Positions 20,085 to 30,601 of a stretch of 64,000 bases of DNA are shown here, in pieces; the first letter of the stretch is position 1; the number at the start of each line of letters is the position of its first letter. Source of the stretch: an uncultured Verrucomicrobiae bacterium. Lineage in GTDB: Bacteria > Verrucomicrobiota > Verrucomicrobiia > Chthoniobacterales > JAFAMB01. The notes beneath the pieces are model-generated. The model ran no database searches, had not been told where the DNA came from, and was given only the letters and a program-made list of their open reading frames with translations. Made by a program: the position numbers and the translations under genes. The stretch covers positions 64,001 through 128,000 of the forward strand of contig CAVXLD010000007.1 of NCBI GenBank assembly GCA_963762565.1, in the 5' to 3' direction.

Positions 20085-20321
20085 ATGGCCGACATTGCGA
20101 ATAAATACGCGGAAAACGTGTCCGGAAAGTTTTACGTCGATGACCAGTGCATTGACTGCGACCTGTGCCGGGAAACCGCACCCGCTAATTTCACGCGCAG
20201 CGACGACGGCGGCTACTCCTATGTGTTTAAGCAACCGACCACCCCGGAGGAGGAGGCGCTTTGCAAGGAAGCCATGGGAGGATGTCCGGTCGAAGCCATC
20301 GGCAACAATGGCGAAGGCTGA
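20085..20321 (+). CDS. Monocluster ferredoxin
   Basis: FYVDDQCIDCDLC...CPVEAIG. Confidence 0.92.
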   Translation: MADIANKYAENVSGKFYVDDQCIDCDLCRETAPANFTRSDDGGYSYVFKQPTTPEEEALCKEAMGGCPVEAIGNNGEG

Positions 20322-20511
20322 GTGTGATCGAACCAAATGACAATGAACTGCCTGCCAAACCAACGCAGCGAACGGGCGAACCAGAAGCACCCGCGCGATG
20401 CGCCTGCCAACTGAGCTTGCGACGCGTATCACCATGAGTATCGAATCGGTCAAAAACACAACGCAAGAGGAAGTAGAGAACCATCAGCCAATTAACTCTT
20501 CGCCTTACACG

Positions 20512-21774
20512 CTATTTGAGGTGAGACTTTCCACGATATCTGATGTACTCGCTCCGCCCCGACAGCGCCTCGGCCACCACATTAGCCAATGCCACCGATT
20601 TAACCTCGATATCGGGAGCCGCATAGAAATGGTCGATCCCAGGTTCAATTACGGCGATACCATTGGGTAACAGCTCATCGGCTAACAAAGTTAACCCATC
20701 ATTGGGACCACCTTTCCGTAGCCGGATGTACCGGCTTCTAACACTTCCATAAATATCGCCCGAAAGCGGTACAGCGATATATTCGATAATCATGATTCTG
20801 GTCGGTATCCGGATTCCTTCCAGTCTCGCCTGACTCGCGGCTGTCGTCAGGCCAGGGATGCCTTGGAAACCAGTTCGCGAATACAAAAACATTAATCTAA
20901 CAATCCATGACTGCGGCCAGGTCGTGGCATAATCCGCTAACGGTGTGCCTCGGATCAGTCCGCCGACACTGATCCAGGCCTTTACACGGGTCGTTTCATC
21001 CGGGGCAAGAATTTTGCCAAGTGCTAAAGCGACTTCCGGGCCGGCTTTACTCGTGCTAACTAGAATAACGTTGGCATCGCGCAGAGCCCGAATATTTGCG
21101 GCTATGAGCGCCGCATTTTCCTCCACTGTGCCGTCCTCTTCAGTCCTGATCAGCTGAACTCTTACTCCCAGCTCGTGAAAGAATCGCCGTTGACTAGCAA
21201 AGTCCGCACCGGACGATCGATCGGTCAGATAATGAAAACCGGGGGCAAACAGAACTTCATATCTTCTGATTGCCGGTCGAGAGATCTCTGACCATTCATT
21301 GCGCTCAAGATCCGATTTGATTCGCTTCGTCTCCGCCAAATAATTTGTCTGAAACTTCAGATTTCTAGGGTTCGATAAAAGTTGTTTGATCAGGAATAGA
21401 GCAGCGAAATCTGGCGAGGCAGTGTGCGAAATCGCCTTCAACGTTTGCCGGTCCAAAGGAGCTGCGCCATAACGTTCGTCAATTCGGGCGATCTGATGGT
21501 CGAGCCGTCGATTTTTCCCGCCAGCATGCAAAGAGTTATCCAAGTAGTATTTCGCCAGATTGGAGTCCACCGTCGTGATCATCGGTTTGCCTGCTAGGTC
21601 GGCAGCGACCGGAATCTTTGGGTAAGCGGCACAATAAACGCTAGACAAGGCCGTCACCCACAGGATGGCCGAGCAAATTCGCGCGGATCCAGAGAAAGCA
21701 TGCACCGTAGAAATCAACGAGCGCACAACCAAGAAGCAAGCCAAGAGTCTACCGGGAAACGAGCGAGGACGCAT
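20512..21774 (-). CDS. Secreted alpha/beta-hydrolase-fold protein (putative lipase/esterase; start uncertain)
   Basis: Hydrophobic N-terminus, LFAPG, LVSTSKAG nucleophile elbow, GTPLAD, NDGL, DH. Confidence 0.65.
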   Translation of the reverse strand: MRPRSFPGRLLACFLVVRSLISTVHAFSGSARICSAILWVTALSSVYCAAYPKIPVAADLAGKPMITTVDSNLAKYYLDNSLHAGGKNRRLDHQIARIDERYGAAPLDRQTLKAISHTASPDFAALFLIKQLLSNPRNLKFQTNYLAETKRIKSDLERNEWSEISRPAIRRYEVLFAPGFHYLTDRSSGADFASQRRFFHELGVRVQLIRTEEDGTVEENAALIAANIRALRDANVILVSTSKAGPEVALALGKILAPDETTRVKAWISVGGLIRGTPLADYATTWPQSWIVRLMFLYSRTGFQGIPGLTTAASQARLEGIRIPTRIMIIEYIAVPLSGDIYGSVRSRYIRLRKGGPNDGLTLLADELLPNGIAVIEPGIDHFYAAPDIEVKSVALANVVAEALSGRSEYIRYRGKSHLK

Positions 21775-22272
21775 TGGACACCGTGAGCGCCGAGGCAGGC
21801 AGGCTCGAGCTCTAACAAGTTGATAAACCTGATTTCGGAAGCGTGAGGCCGGCTAAGCCACGCGCCATTCCGCCAAGGCCGCGTACGCTAGACCCTTACC
21901 CAAGTCTGGGTCGATGGCTAACTCCAGAGCTAAGACATGACTCAAATCTACTCGGTAATCCTCTATCTCTTCTGCCTCATCTTCGAGAAGGCCAAGCCGG
22001 GCTTGCGTAGAGAGGAAGAGCCTCGCTTCGGGGATTTTTCCCGGCGTTCATGTTGATCACCTTTACGGTCTTTGGCTCGGGTCGCGGAATGAGCGCATAA
22101 TTGTTCAGTAAAGGCTCAATCTTTAAGGGCTCAGTCTGTGAGCGCTAGCGAAGCGAAATCAGAAGAGCCGATGGATTTCAGGTCGTTCCTCTCGGCCCCT
22201 TTTTCCCGTCGATAAGTCGGTCAACAGGTCCACTGGAGCTCGGAGATTCGAAATCGGAATGGAGGATAAGAT

Positions 22273-22554
22273 ATGAAAGTCCTTGAGGCCAAAGTTGTTG
22301 ATAGTCGTCAGGAAGATCCAGCCTCCGAACCGGATCGTCGGAACGATACGTGGATAATCGAGGCGAAACTGAAGGAACACGTTCTGGGCTGGGAAGATGT
22401 GCGCATCGATCTACTGGCGGCCGCGGTGGGAGCTGAGATTATTGAGACCAGTATGGCAGACGCCAGGGAATTCACGGTTCGTACTCGCGGTAAACCGTGG
22501 GTGGCGAAGGGCGACGTTGTTCATGTTACGGTGCGCGAGGCGCAACGTGCATGA
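22273..22554 (+). CDS. Hypothetical protein
   Basis: 93-aa ORF with a GGAGG RBS. Confidence 0.6.
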   Translation: MKVLEAKVVDSRQEDPASEPDRRNDTWIIEAKLKEHVLGWEDVRIDLLAAAVGAEIIETSMADAREFTVRTRGKPWVAKGDVVHVTVREAQRA

Positions 22555-22788
22555 GAAATCAACCGCCCGAGGCGGTCCAGTAGAGACAGAATTCTTAAAC
22601 AGGAGGGAAGGGAGGCAACAGAGTCCTTGGCAGCGGAGGCGAGGCACGCTTAAGCAGAAAGCGAACGGTCTTGGCGGAGGCGGCGGGCCTTCGGCCGTTT
22701 CACACCCGTCTCAAAACCCGAAAAGTAGCGGAGAGAATATGGCTAACGAAGAGCAGGTTTTTATCGAGGAGAAGGGCCGACGAAAAGT

Positions 22789-23796
22789 ATGAGTGAACGA
22801 AATTCCATCAGCCGACGGAAAGCGATGCGCGGACTCGGAGCTGGCCTGATTGCAGCCGCCGCTTCGCGAGGTTTCGCAGCCGAACCAACGGCCGCGGAGG
22901 ATTCATCGCTGCAGGCGAAACTCCAAGACCCGGTCGGCAAGTATCCGAAACCACCCTTTAAGAGCCAGTCACAGCCGTGGCCTGGTCTGGCAAGTAAGAT
23001 GGATCCACGGCCCGACCATGGCGAGGAAAGTTACAAGGGTTCAGGTCGTTTAAGGGGCCGTAAGGCGCTAATCACAGGAGGGGACTCGGGGATGGGACGT
23101 GCGGCGGCGATCGCATTTGCGCGTGAAGGAGCTGACGTGGCGATCAATTATTATCCGACCGAAGAGCCAGATGCGCAGGAAGTCATTGCCTTGATTCAAT
23201 CGGCGGGTCAAAAGGGGATTCCTCTACCAGGAGATTTAAGAGAAGAATCCTTCTGCCAAAAGCTGGTGCTTGACGCGTCCAATGCTTTAGGCGGCTTGGA
23301 TATTTTGGTCAGTAATGCCGCGCGGCAGCAATCGCACGAGTCGTTGTTAGATATCTCGACCGAGCAGTTCGACTGGACGATAAAGACGAATATCTATGCG
23401 CCCTTTTGGATTATTAAGGCTGCGCTGCCGCACATGCCGCCTGGGTCGGTAATCATTGGGACGACCTCCGTGCAGGCCTACAATCCATCGCCGGATCTTT
23501 ATGACTATGCGCAAACGAAGGCAGCCACGATGAACTATGTTAAATCGCTGGCAAAGCAGCTTGCGCCGAAAGGCATTCGGGTAAACGGCGTTGCCCCCGG
23601 TCCAATCTGGACTCCCTTGCAGGTGAGTGGCGGTGATAGTCAGGAGAAACTTCAAAACTTCGGGAGCCAAACGCCATTGGGCCGGCCCGGTCAGCCGGCA
23701 GAATTGGCATCTATGTATGTGCAGCTCGCTGCCAATGATGCCAGTTATGCTACCGGGCAGATATATGGGTCAGCAGGTGGATCCGGCCAACCTTGA
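22789..23796 (+). CDS. yghA: YghA-type SDR oxidoreductase with a twin-arginine-like leader
   Basis: PDHGEESYKGSGRL, TGGDSGMGRA, YAQTK, VAPGPIWTPLQ; N-terminal SRRKAMRGLGAGL. Confidence 0.85.
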   Translation: MSERNSISRRKAMRGLGAGLIAAAASRGFAAEPTAAEDSSLQAKLQDPVGKYPKPPFKSQSQPWPGLASKMDPRPDHGEESYKGSGRLRGRKALITGGDSGMGRAAAIAFAREGADVAINYYPTEEPDAQEVIALIQSAGQKGIPLPGDLREESFCQKLVLDASNALGGLDILVSNAARQQSHESLLDISTEQFDWTIKTNIYAPFWIIKAALPHMPPGSVIIGTTSVQAYNPSPDLYDYAQTKAATMNYVKSLAKQLAPKGIRVNGVAPGPIWTPLQVSGGDSQEKLQNFGSQTPLGRPGQPAELASMYVQLAANDASYATGQIYGSAGGSGQP

Positions 23797-23808
23797 GCAT
23801 TGCCATTT

Positions 23809-23967
23809 ATGACAACGCCGAAGCAACGGGCTACAGCCAAGAAGAACGTTAAGAACGCAGCTAATACTGCCAAACGTAAGAAAACTATTGCTCATTTGCC
23901 TAAAGCCGTAAGAACCGCTTTGGGAAAAAAGGGAGCAGAGGCAGCTCGTAAGAAAAAAAGGGCGTAA
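23809..23967 (+). CDS. 52-aa highly basic small protein
   Basis: MTTPKQRATAKKNVKNAANTAKRKKTIAHLPKAVRTALGKKGAEAARKKKRA, 12 bp after the SDR stop. Confidence 0.65.
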   Translation: MTTPKQRATAKKNVKNAANTAKRKKTIAHLPKAVRTALGKKGAEAARKKKRA

Positions 23968-24090
23968 CGAGCGAAAAAAGCGCCATAACATCCAAACGCC
24001 CTGAGCGATCGCACAGATAAAAGGTGGCCAATGCCCGGTTGAAAGACCGGCCGTCGGGTCAAAAACAAAACGAATTATAATCTCAGAACG

Positions 24091-24372
24091 TCATGAACAA
24101 TAACGCCGGCAATCCCAATCCCGGCAATTGCGCAGAGTGCAACTTAGTCGAAGCGTTAAGGGTCTCTGAGATCCAACTCTCGCTACCAGCGGTATATCCA
24201 CAAGGGTGCTCGTAATCGAAGCGAGAACGGCGCCAGTCGCCGCCGTTTGAATTGCAACTTCACGATGTGCGGCGGCCGTTTCCGCCGCAGCCATTGCCGA
24301 AGCGCTTGAAAGAAGGCCGCCGGCAATGCTCACTGCGTAGAATCCAAAGGTGCCGAGATACCTCTGAGCCTC
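24091..24372 (-). pseudogene. C-terminal remnant of an MgtC/SapB-DUF4010 membrane protein
   Basis: AQRYLGTFGFYAVSIAGGLLSSASA...AATGAVLAS; no start. Confidence 0.6.
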
Positions 24373-24625
24373 GGAGATAGGCGAGCGCCGGTTACTAGAA
24401 GTTGCTGACGCTTGACTAAAAGGAAGTTTTTTAAAGTTCGGCCATTTTTCTGCAACCCCTAAGGGTCGCGGACGACGAACCCTTTATTGCAGCCGGTTTG
24501 GCTTAGCTAAGTAACTCATGTTGTTGGGCTGAACTGGTCTGCATATTTCGTGCCGATAGGTGAGTTCTAGTCTCAAAGCGCAAACACAGCAGAGGAGTTG
24601 CAAAGTATCCAGAGAGATCAGAGTG

Positions 24626-24817
24626 ATGAAAATCTTGATAACGCCAGAGGGTCAGCCGGTGTTTTGGGATGGGAAAGGGAATTTCAGCTTAGAGAAGAAT
24701 GATGACTTTGATATGGCGGCACACTTTCAAAAAGTGCTTCCTGGTGATGATCCAGAAGCATTCAGGCAAAAGGCAGCAGAACAGCTCGGGTTGGACGTTC
24801 AATACGAGGAGTACTAA
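24626..24817 (+). CDS. Hypothetical protein
   Basis: MKILITPEGQPVFWDG...; 3 bp from the next ORF. Confidence 0.45.
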   Translation: MKILITPEGQPVFWDGKGNFSLEKNDDFDMAAHFQKVLPGDDPEAFRQKAAEQLGLDVQYEEY

Positions 24818-24820
24818 TTT

Positions 24821-25126
24821 ATGGCTGGTCTGTTTTACGTCGTTGACCTGACCCGAGATGAGCGAATGGCGCGTAATCCGCGACTCGTCGAGAAGTTTCT
24901 GGTCGAGCTTTGCCAAGAGCATTGTCCCGACAATTGGCAGGAAGTTGACCGTGAAGCTTTAGCAATGGCCACGGCGCTAACAGCTCTCGAGCATCGTTAT
25001 TCTCCCGAAGTGTTGGGCGGAACGATTGGGCATCGGGAAGCTAGCAGGTATAAAGGCATCAATCCGACTAACCTTGGGCCAGCGAGTTTTGACCTGGACT
25101 GTGGGTGTCGAGCTTGGAAGATTTAG
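24821..25126 (+). CDS. Hypothetical protein
   Basis: 101-aa ATG ORF closely spaced with the upstream ORF. Confidence 0.45.
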   Translation: MAGLFYVVDLTRDERMARNPRLVEKFLVELCQEHCPDNWQEVDREALAMATALTALEHRYSPEVLGGTIGHREASRYKGINPTNLGPASFDLDCGCRAWKI

Positions 25127-25254
25127 GCTTGTTTCGACAAATGCTTACTCGGCATGGCGGAACGGCTAACTTTTCAGCTCGATCAGAAAATGTTAACTCT
25201 TGCGGGTATCTGGTTAACATATCGAGCGCAGGTAAGATTCACTCCTTTGCCACA

Positions 25255-25515
25255 ATGATACCTCTCCCCGCCAAAGTAACTAAGATTCAGTTGGACTTCA
25301 GTAACAGATTCTCGGCTCGAGCCGAGGGCGTCGTACCGGAGAAGATAGTCTACATCGAGCTGTTCGACCTCCCCGGTGGAGTCCATGCAACCAACTTGTC
25401 GGATGTAGCGCCGGGGAAACACGAGTTCTTACTCCACGGTGACGGAAAACCGCCATTCAAAGTAGGTGATACTCTTTCCGCGAGAGGGTTCTCGCAAGAC
25501 GAACTGCCTGATTGA
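25255..25515 (+). CDS. Hypothetical protein (start uncertain)
   Basis: MIPLPAKVTKIQLDF...PPFKVGDTL, beta-rich. Confidence 0.4.
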   Translation: MIPLPAKVTKIQLDFSNRFSARAEGVVPEKIVYIELFDLPGGVHATNLSDVAPGKHEFLLHGDGKPPFKVGDTLSARGFSQDELPD

Positions 25516-25755
25516 TTTCAGCAGACGCGCGCGGGAAGATGGAGGATATCGCCTTTTTGAGTCGATGGTTGAGGACTCTTCCTTGGCAAGCCCGATGGCA
25601 TCGAGCAGTTTCTGCTAGTTTCCAGAGGAACCTCCGAGAATGCCCGTAACAATCCCTAAGGATCCGGTATCGTCCGTTTCGATCTTAGTAACAACCGTCA
25701 GCCGCATACATTCAGACCGCCAGGCGAGACTGTGCCGAGCGAATCGGCGGCGCGG

Positions 25756-26166
25756 CTAGGTTGGCGCGTCCGGGTTGGGTGCAGCGCTGAGCTTGCGATT
25801 TGTCAAGCTGCTTATTACCGCCAGTTTGGTTACCGATCGTTCGCCGATATCCCCCGGAATCAGGACCGCTTTACGGCCGGCCTCGGTAACCAGGCGTTCC
25901 GTTTCTTTGGCATCCTGATGTTCCGAAAGGTAAGAGATAGCAACATCCGCTCCCTTTCTAGCGAAAGCGATGGCGACCGCCCGGCCGATCCCGCTATCAG
26001 CTCCGGTGACCAGCGCAGGGAGGCCTTGAAGCTGGCCACTGCCCTGGTAGCTCGACTCTCCATGATCGACTGTTGGGTTCATTTCCTCCTCCTGTCCTGG
26101 AGGAGATTGCTGGTGGTCGGAATACGGCGGCCGTTGATAAACTTTGCGAGGATCCTGCGTTTTCAT
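25756..26166 (-). pseudogene. Truncated YhdF/YghA-type SDR (N-terminal third only)
   Basis: DHGESSYQGSGQL, TGADSGIGRAVA, LIPGDI; similarity stops before the NNAG and YxxxK motifs. Confidence 0.8.
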
Positions 26167-26314
26167 TGATATCCTTTTCACTGATGGTGTCCTTTGCGTT
26201 CGTCCGTAGAGCTGCGGGGGGCTGCGTGTGGTTACGTCGAGCTGCAGTCTGGTGCCATCCTTAACCGATCGGTAGCTAGCAGACCAAGACACCTGCGAGT
26301 AGCGAAATACTGTT

Positions 26315-26497
26315 ATGAACAAACTACAATTCAAGGGCTCCTGGAATGAAGTTAAAGGCAAGCTCAAACAAAAGTATGCTCAGTTGACCGACGATGACCT
26401 TAAATATGCCGAGGGCAAGGAAGACGAACTCGTCGGAAGACTACAGAAGAAGCTCGGGAAAAGTGCCGAGGAAGTCCGCCAGATGCTGGAAGGTTAG
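26315..26497 (+). CDS. CsbD-family general stress protein
   Basis: KGSWNEVKGKLKQKYAQLTDDDL...EGKEDELVGRLQKKLG. Confidence 0.95.
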   Translation: MNKLQFKGSWNEVKGKLKQKYAQLTDDDLKYAEGKEDELVGRLQKKLGKSAEEVRQMLEG

Positions 26498-26697
26498 CCT
26501 AGTCATTGTTCAAGTGTATAATACCGAAGAGCATCGCATCTCCGGGGTCCAACAACACCACAGCAGCAACGGTAGAAAGATCACGTTTACGAGCCAAAAG
26601 GGTGAAGTCGATTTGGCGAGTTTGAAACCGGCCTGATGAATCGCTCATTCATTGCGAGCGGGCAATCCAGCGATCGAACGAACCTTAGCGAGTTCAG

Positions 26698-28824
26698 CTA
26701 CCCACCTTTGGCGACCAGCTCTTGCTGAAGCTTCTCATATTTCTTAGTATCCGGGTGATCAGGCCCTAACATTTTGCGTGCTCCTTCTAGAGCCCGTTGC
26801 ACCAGCGTCGTTGCCTCCTGCAATTGACCTTCAGCACGCAAGCATAGCGCTAGACCAAAACAGGTCTTGAGCGTATCCAGATTCTCGGTGCCCAACACTT
26901 TTTCCCGGAGCTTGAGCACCTCGCGAAACTCCGTTTCGGCTTCGGTGTACTTATTCTGATGATAGAACGTTTCTGCTAGATCATCGCGTGTTAGGAGCGT
27001 GTCCGGATGCTCCGGACCCACCACTTTTTCCTGGAGCTTCAACACCGAAAGATATTCTCTCTCTGCTTCGGCATAATTCCCTTCATGGTCAAGGGCTTCT
27101 CCCAGAGCGGTACGGGTTTCCAGCGTAAAAAAATGTTCTGGTCCCAGGGCCTGCTCATCCAAATCGATCACGGCCCGATACTCGGTTTCAGCTTCAGTGT
27201 ACTTGCCCTCATGCACGAGCACGTTTCCTAGATCTGTGCGGGTGTTAAGCGTTTCAGGATTCCGTTCTCCCAGCGCTTTCTCTTCGAGCTTAATCACATC
27301 CCGATTCTCGGCTTCGGCTTCGGTATATTTCCCTTGGCTATCTAGCGCGTTGGCCAGATTGGTCCGGACTGCCAGCGTCTGCTGAGAGTCGGGTCCGGTA
27401 ATTTTCTCTTCAATCTTGACTAACCTGCGCTCCTCGGCTTCGGCCTCCGTATATTTTCCTTCATCATCCAGAACAGCGGCTAGATTGATCCGCGTTTCTA
27501 CGGCGTTCTTACTCTCGGCACCGGAAACTTTTTCATCCCGGGCAGCGAGCGTTTGAAAGGCCGCTTCCGCCTCCGCATCCTTCCCTTGCCGATAAAGTAC
27601 GGTTGCCAGGTAGTTGAGTGCAAACAATGTAGACTGGTGTTCGGAGCCAAGGGCGCCCTCCCGCTCTTTTAATGCTTCACGCAAGATCGGCTCGGCTTCC
27701 CGGTATTGGCCTTGGTTGAACAGAGCGTAGCCAATTTGGAATTGAACATCTGCCCATTCCAATCCATCACGTTTCCGGTCCGTCAACGCCTCGGCCGCTC
27801 GGAAATGTTTCAACTCGTCGGCATATTCAACTCGACTGTCAGCGGCCAATCCCGCTAGCGTCAACGCTTTAACTGCTCGAACATTGTCTGGAGGATTGGC
27901 GCTCCGAGCTTCATCGGCCGCTACTAACGCCAGGCGTTCAGCTTCATTGTAATCCTTATCTACGTAGGCGGCATTGGCCCGTTCATAGGTCGTTGCGTTT
28001 GGTGCTTTCTTTAACTGGGCGGCTAAGCGCGGAAGTTCTTCTTTTAGCACAGCCGGGTCTAACCCAAGCGTTTTTGCTAACTTGTCGTAGGTCAGCTGCT
28101 CAAGTTGCTTCGGGTTTTGACCCGGTTGTTCTTGCCTCAAATTATCTTGTACTTCGGCAAACGAACTAACCCCGCGTTGAAGTTTTTCAAACTTCGTTTC
28201 CAGAGCCTGCAAATGCTCATTGGTTTGCTTCTGTTGCTCGTTCGCATGCTGCTGGCTTTGCAATAGCCAAATACTCAACCCAACCGTTAGCACCAGTAAG
28301 GCGGCCACCGCCGTAGCCCAACGTCTGACTCCGCGCCGGAGTCGAGTAAGATCGTCGCGCAGCTTGAGGACGCTTGCTTCCAGGCCTTCCTTGCTCGTGA
28401 GGGGATGATAAAGATGGCTTTCCGATTGAAGCCGCGCCCGATAATCGCGCTGCAGCTTCTCCTGTTCTTCCGTCTCTTTTTCGTGCGCATCAACGGGGAA
28501 CTGGTCGTCCAGAAACAGATACCAAACTTTCTTTCCCTTGGTGATGGCGTAGAGCGCTTCGTATTGGGTGTAACTGACCCGGCCGAATTGCTCATCTGGG
28601 GTCGGCGGTTCGGCTCCATAACATTCACCGACCAATTGCAGCACTCCTTTGGAAGTGTCGACTCGCCGGCGGAGCATCGCTCGCAGATCGCCCTGTTCAG
28701 TGCCGAAGATATCCTGCCACTCCGGTTCGTAGCCGAGAAAAGTCAGTGTGTTTGCCACCAGCTGTCGAGCGCTTCTCAATTCCTTGCTGACAGCTGATAT
28801 GAAGATTACAGGGCGCGGCGACAT
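26698..28824 (-). CDS. DUF4062 - TM - coiled coil - TPR protein (paralogue B)
   Basis: N-terminal ~190 aa closely match 12084..14420; eight repeat turns; same HPDTKKYE.L..ELVAK end. Confidence 0.9.
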   Translation of the reverse strand: MSPRPVIFISAVSKELRSARQLVANTLTFLGYEPEWQDIFGTEQGDLRAMLRRRVDTSKGVLQLVGECYGAEPPTPDEQFGRVSYTQYEALYAITKGKKVWYLFLDDQFPVDAHEKETEEQEKLQRDYRARLQSESHLYHPLTSKEGLEASVLKLRDDLTRLRRGVRRWATAVAALLVLTVGLSIWLLQSQQHANEQQKQTNEHLQALETKFEKLQRGVSSFAEVQDNLRQEQPGQNPKQLEQLTYDKLAKTLGLDPAVLKEELPRLAAQLKKAPNATTYERANAAYVDKDYNEAERLALVAADEARSANPPDNVRAVKALTLAGLAADSRVEYADELKHFRAAEALTDRKRDGLEWADVQFQIGYALFNQGQYREAEPILREALKEREGALGSEHQSTLFALNYLATVLYRQGKDAEAEAAFQTLAARDEKVSGAESKNAVETRINLAAVLDDEGKYTEAEAEERRLVKIEEKITGPDSQQTLAVRTNLANALDSQGKYTEAEAENRDVIKLEEKALGERNPETLNTRTDLGNVLVHEGKYTEAETEYRAVIDLDEQALGPEHFFTLETRTALGEALDHEGNYAEAEREYLSVLKLQEKVVGPEHPDTLLTRDDLAETFYHQNKYTEAETEFREVLKLREKVLGTENLDTLKTCFGLALCLRAEGQLQEATTLVQRALEGARKMLGPDHPDTKKYEKLQQELVAKGG

Positions 28825-29065
28825 CCAAGTTCTACTTCCAGGCTTTTCCAGATTCCCGCGACCATTTGTTTACAAACTCAACGCGATGTTGTGGTATATC
28901 ACGCGGTTTGCCTGACTCAATTGCAAGCTTTTTTGGATAGAAGCGCCTCTCGGTTTTCTCAAAGACTTCGCTCTTTCAACCGTTCTGGCTTTCTTTGCGT
29001 TCGTTGTTCAAACGCCCGCAACGCTTTGCGTAGCGGTGAGGGCACGGTCTTTTGCGGCTGCGGGT

Positions 29066-29842
29066 TCACGAGATCGGTTTGAACCCGGTGACGTCGGCCG
29101 ACGCGACGTAGTCGTCGAGTTTGCCTTCGCCGGTGTCAGCCTGAATAAACTCGCGGCTTCGCTGGCGAACTCGGATCTGAATATTTGCGAACCCGGCCTC
29201 GGTTAACCAGCTCTCCAGTTGGCTCACCAATTCCGCGCCGGCAATGCATCCGGTGTAAGCGGCGAGATCGTTCTTGAGGTGCTCGGGCAGAGGTTGCAAG
29301 GCGACCATGTCTGCTACCGCTAGCCGGCCACCGGGTTTCAAAACTCGATGCGCTTCTTTGTAAACTTGGAGTTTGCTCGGCGAAAGATTGATCACGCAGT
29401 TAGAGATCACTGCGTCGACCGTGTTGTCACCGGCCGGCAAGTGCTCTATCTCACCCAGACGGAATTCCACGTTCTGGTAATTTCCAGATACCGCATTCTT
29501 CCTGGCTTTGGAGATCATCTCCGGTGTCATATCGACACCGATCACCTTTCCAGGCGGCCCGACGATTTTCGATGCCAGAAAACAATCAACTCCTCCGCCG
29601 CTGCCTAAATCCAGCACCACTTCTCCCGTCTTGAGTCCGGCGAACGATATCGGGTTGCCGCACCCCAGGCCCATTTCCGCTTCGGCCGGCAACGATGCTA
29701 GATCTTCTTTTGAGTAGCCGATCTGTTCGGAGACATTGCAGCCGCATGAGTTGGTGCTTTCACAGCAGTCGGTCTCCTGCTGAGCGACTTTCGTGTAATG
29801 GTCTCGTACGGAATCTCTAATGTCGGTGTTCGGCTCACTCAT
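29066..29842 (-). CDS. arsM: Arsenite S-adenosylmethionine methyltransferase
   Basis: GLGCGNP, VLDLGSGGGVD, GVDMTPEM, ISNCVINLSP, GCIAGA, N-terminal CC. Confidence 0.93.
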   Translation of the reverse strand: MSEPNTDIRDSVRDHYTKVAQQETDCCESTNSCGCNVSEQIGYSKEDLASLPAEAEMGLGCGNPISFAGLKTGEVVLDLGSGGGVDCFLASKIVGPPGKVIGVDMTPEMISKARKNAVSGNYQNVEFRLGEIEHLPAGDNTVDAVISNCVINLSPSKLQVYKEAHRVLKPGGRLAVADMVALQPLPEHLKNDLAAYTGCIAGAELVSQLESWLTEAGFANIQIRVRQRSREFIQADTGEGKLDDYVASADVTGFKPIS

Positions 29843-29901
29843 ATTTGATCCTTTTAATAAGGAAGACCGGTGGACGAACGGTTGGTTGCAGACAATTTAC
29901 T

Positions 29902-30018
29902 GGGAGCGCGTCCCCGCGCGCCGCGAGGACGTGCCTTAACCCAAAGGCGTATGTTTGTCCGCGATTACAACACGCCCTCGGCTTCGGGTACCACGGATGC
30001 GGGGACGCGATCCCTCCC
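29902..30018. repeat. REP/REPIN-like family A (~120 bp, palindromic ends); other copies at 33262-33379, 36498-36616, 55012-55194, 61713-61836
   Basis: GGGAGGGCGCGCGTCCCCGCGCG ... GCGAGGACGCGATCCCTCCC ends with partly conserved interiors. Confidence 0.85.
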
Positions 30019-30055
30019 GGGCGCTGGGCCTGCACACACCCTCGGCTAAAATCTG

Positions 30056-30493
30056 TCACGGCTTTGCGGTAAACCGCATGCCGGCTGCGTACGCTTCGAA
30101 TACGCGAGAAATCTCGTCGCGCGTCTGACGGAAAATCTGCAAGATTTCCTGATCGGTCCCTTGCGCTTTAGCAGGATCTTCAAAACCCCAATGGTATCGG
30201 GCGAGTAGTCCGGGGAAGATAGGACAGGCCTCGTCGGCATTGCCGCAGACGGTGATCACCGTGTGCACCTTCCGATCCAGGAATTCATTCAGATGTTTTG
30301 TGGAATTCTGCGAGATGTCGATCCCGATTTCGCTCATCACTTGAATCGCAATTGGGTGAACGAATTCAGCCGGATTAGAGCCTGCGCTTTCGACCTCAAC
30401 AATATCGCCGGCGACTCGGGTCAGAATGCCTTCCGCCATCTGGCTACGGCAAGAGTTGCCGGTGCACAGGATGAGAATCAGGGGTTTTGGCAT
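30056..30493 (-). CDS. arsC: Thioredoxin-type (LMW-PTP fold) arsenate reductase
   Basis: LCTGNSCRSQMAE, ITVCGNADEACP, HWGFEDP. Confidence 0.92.
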   Translation of the reverse strand: MPKPLILILCTGNSCRSQMAEGILTRVAGDIVEVESAGSNPAEFVHPIAIQVMSEIGIDISQNSTKHLNEFLDRKVHTVITVCGNADEACPIFPGLLARYHWGFEDPAKAQGTDQEILQIFRQTRDEISRVFEAYAAGMRFTAKP

Positions 30494-30601
30494 GCAGAGG
30501 TATAGGTAACACTTCAAGCACAACGGGTATACCGGGTAGCCGATCGCCGAACGGATTTTTCTTTTGCAACCTTTCGCTGCCAGCAGAGTCTTCTTAATTA
30601 G

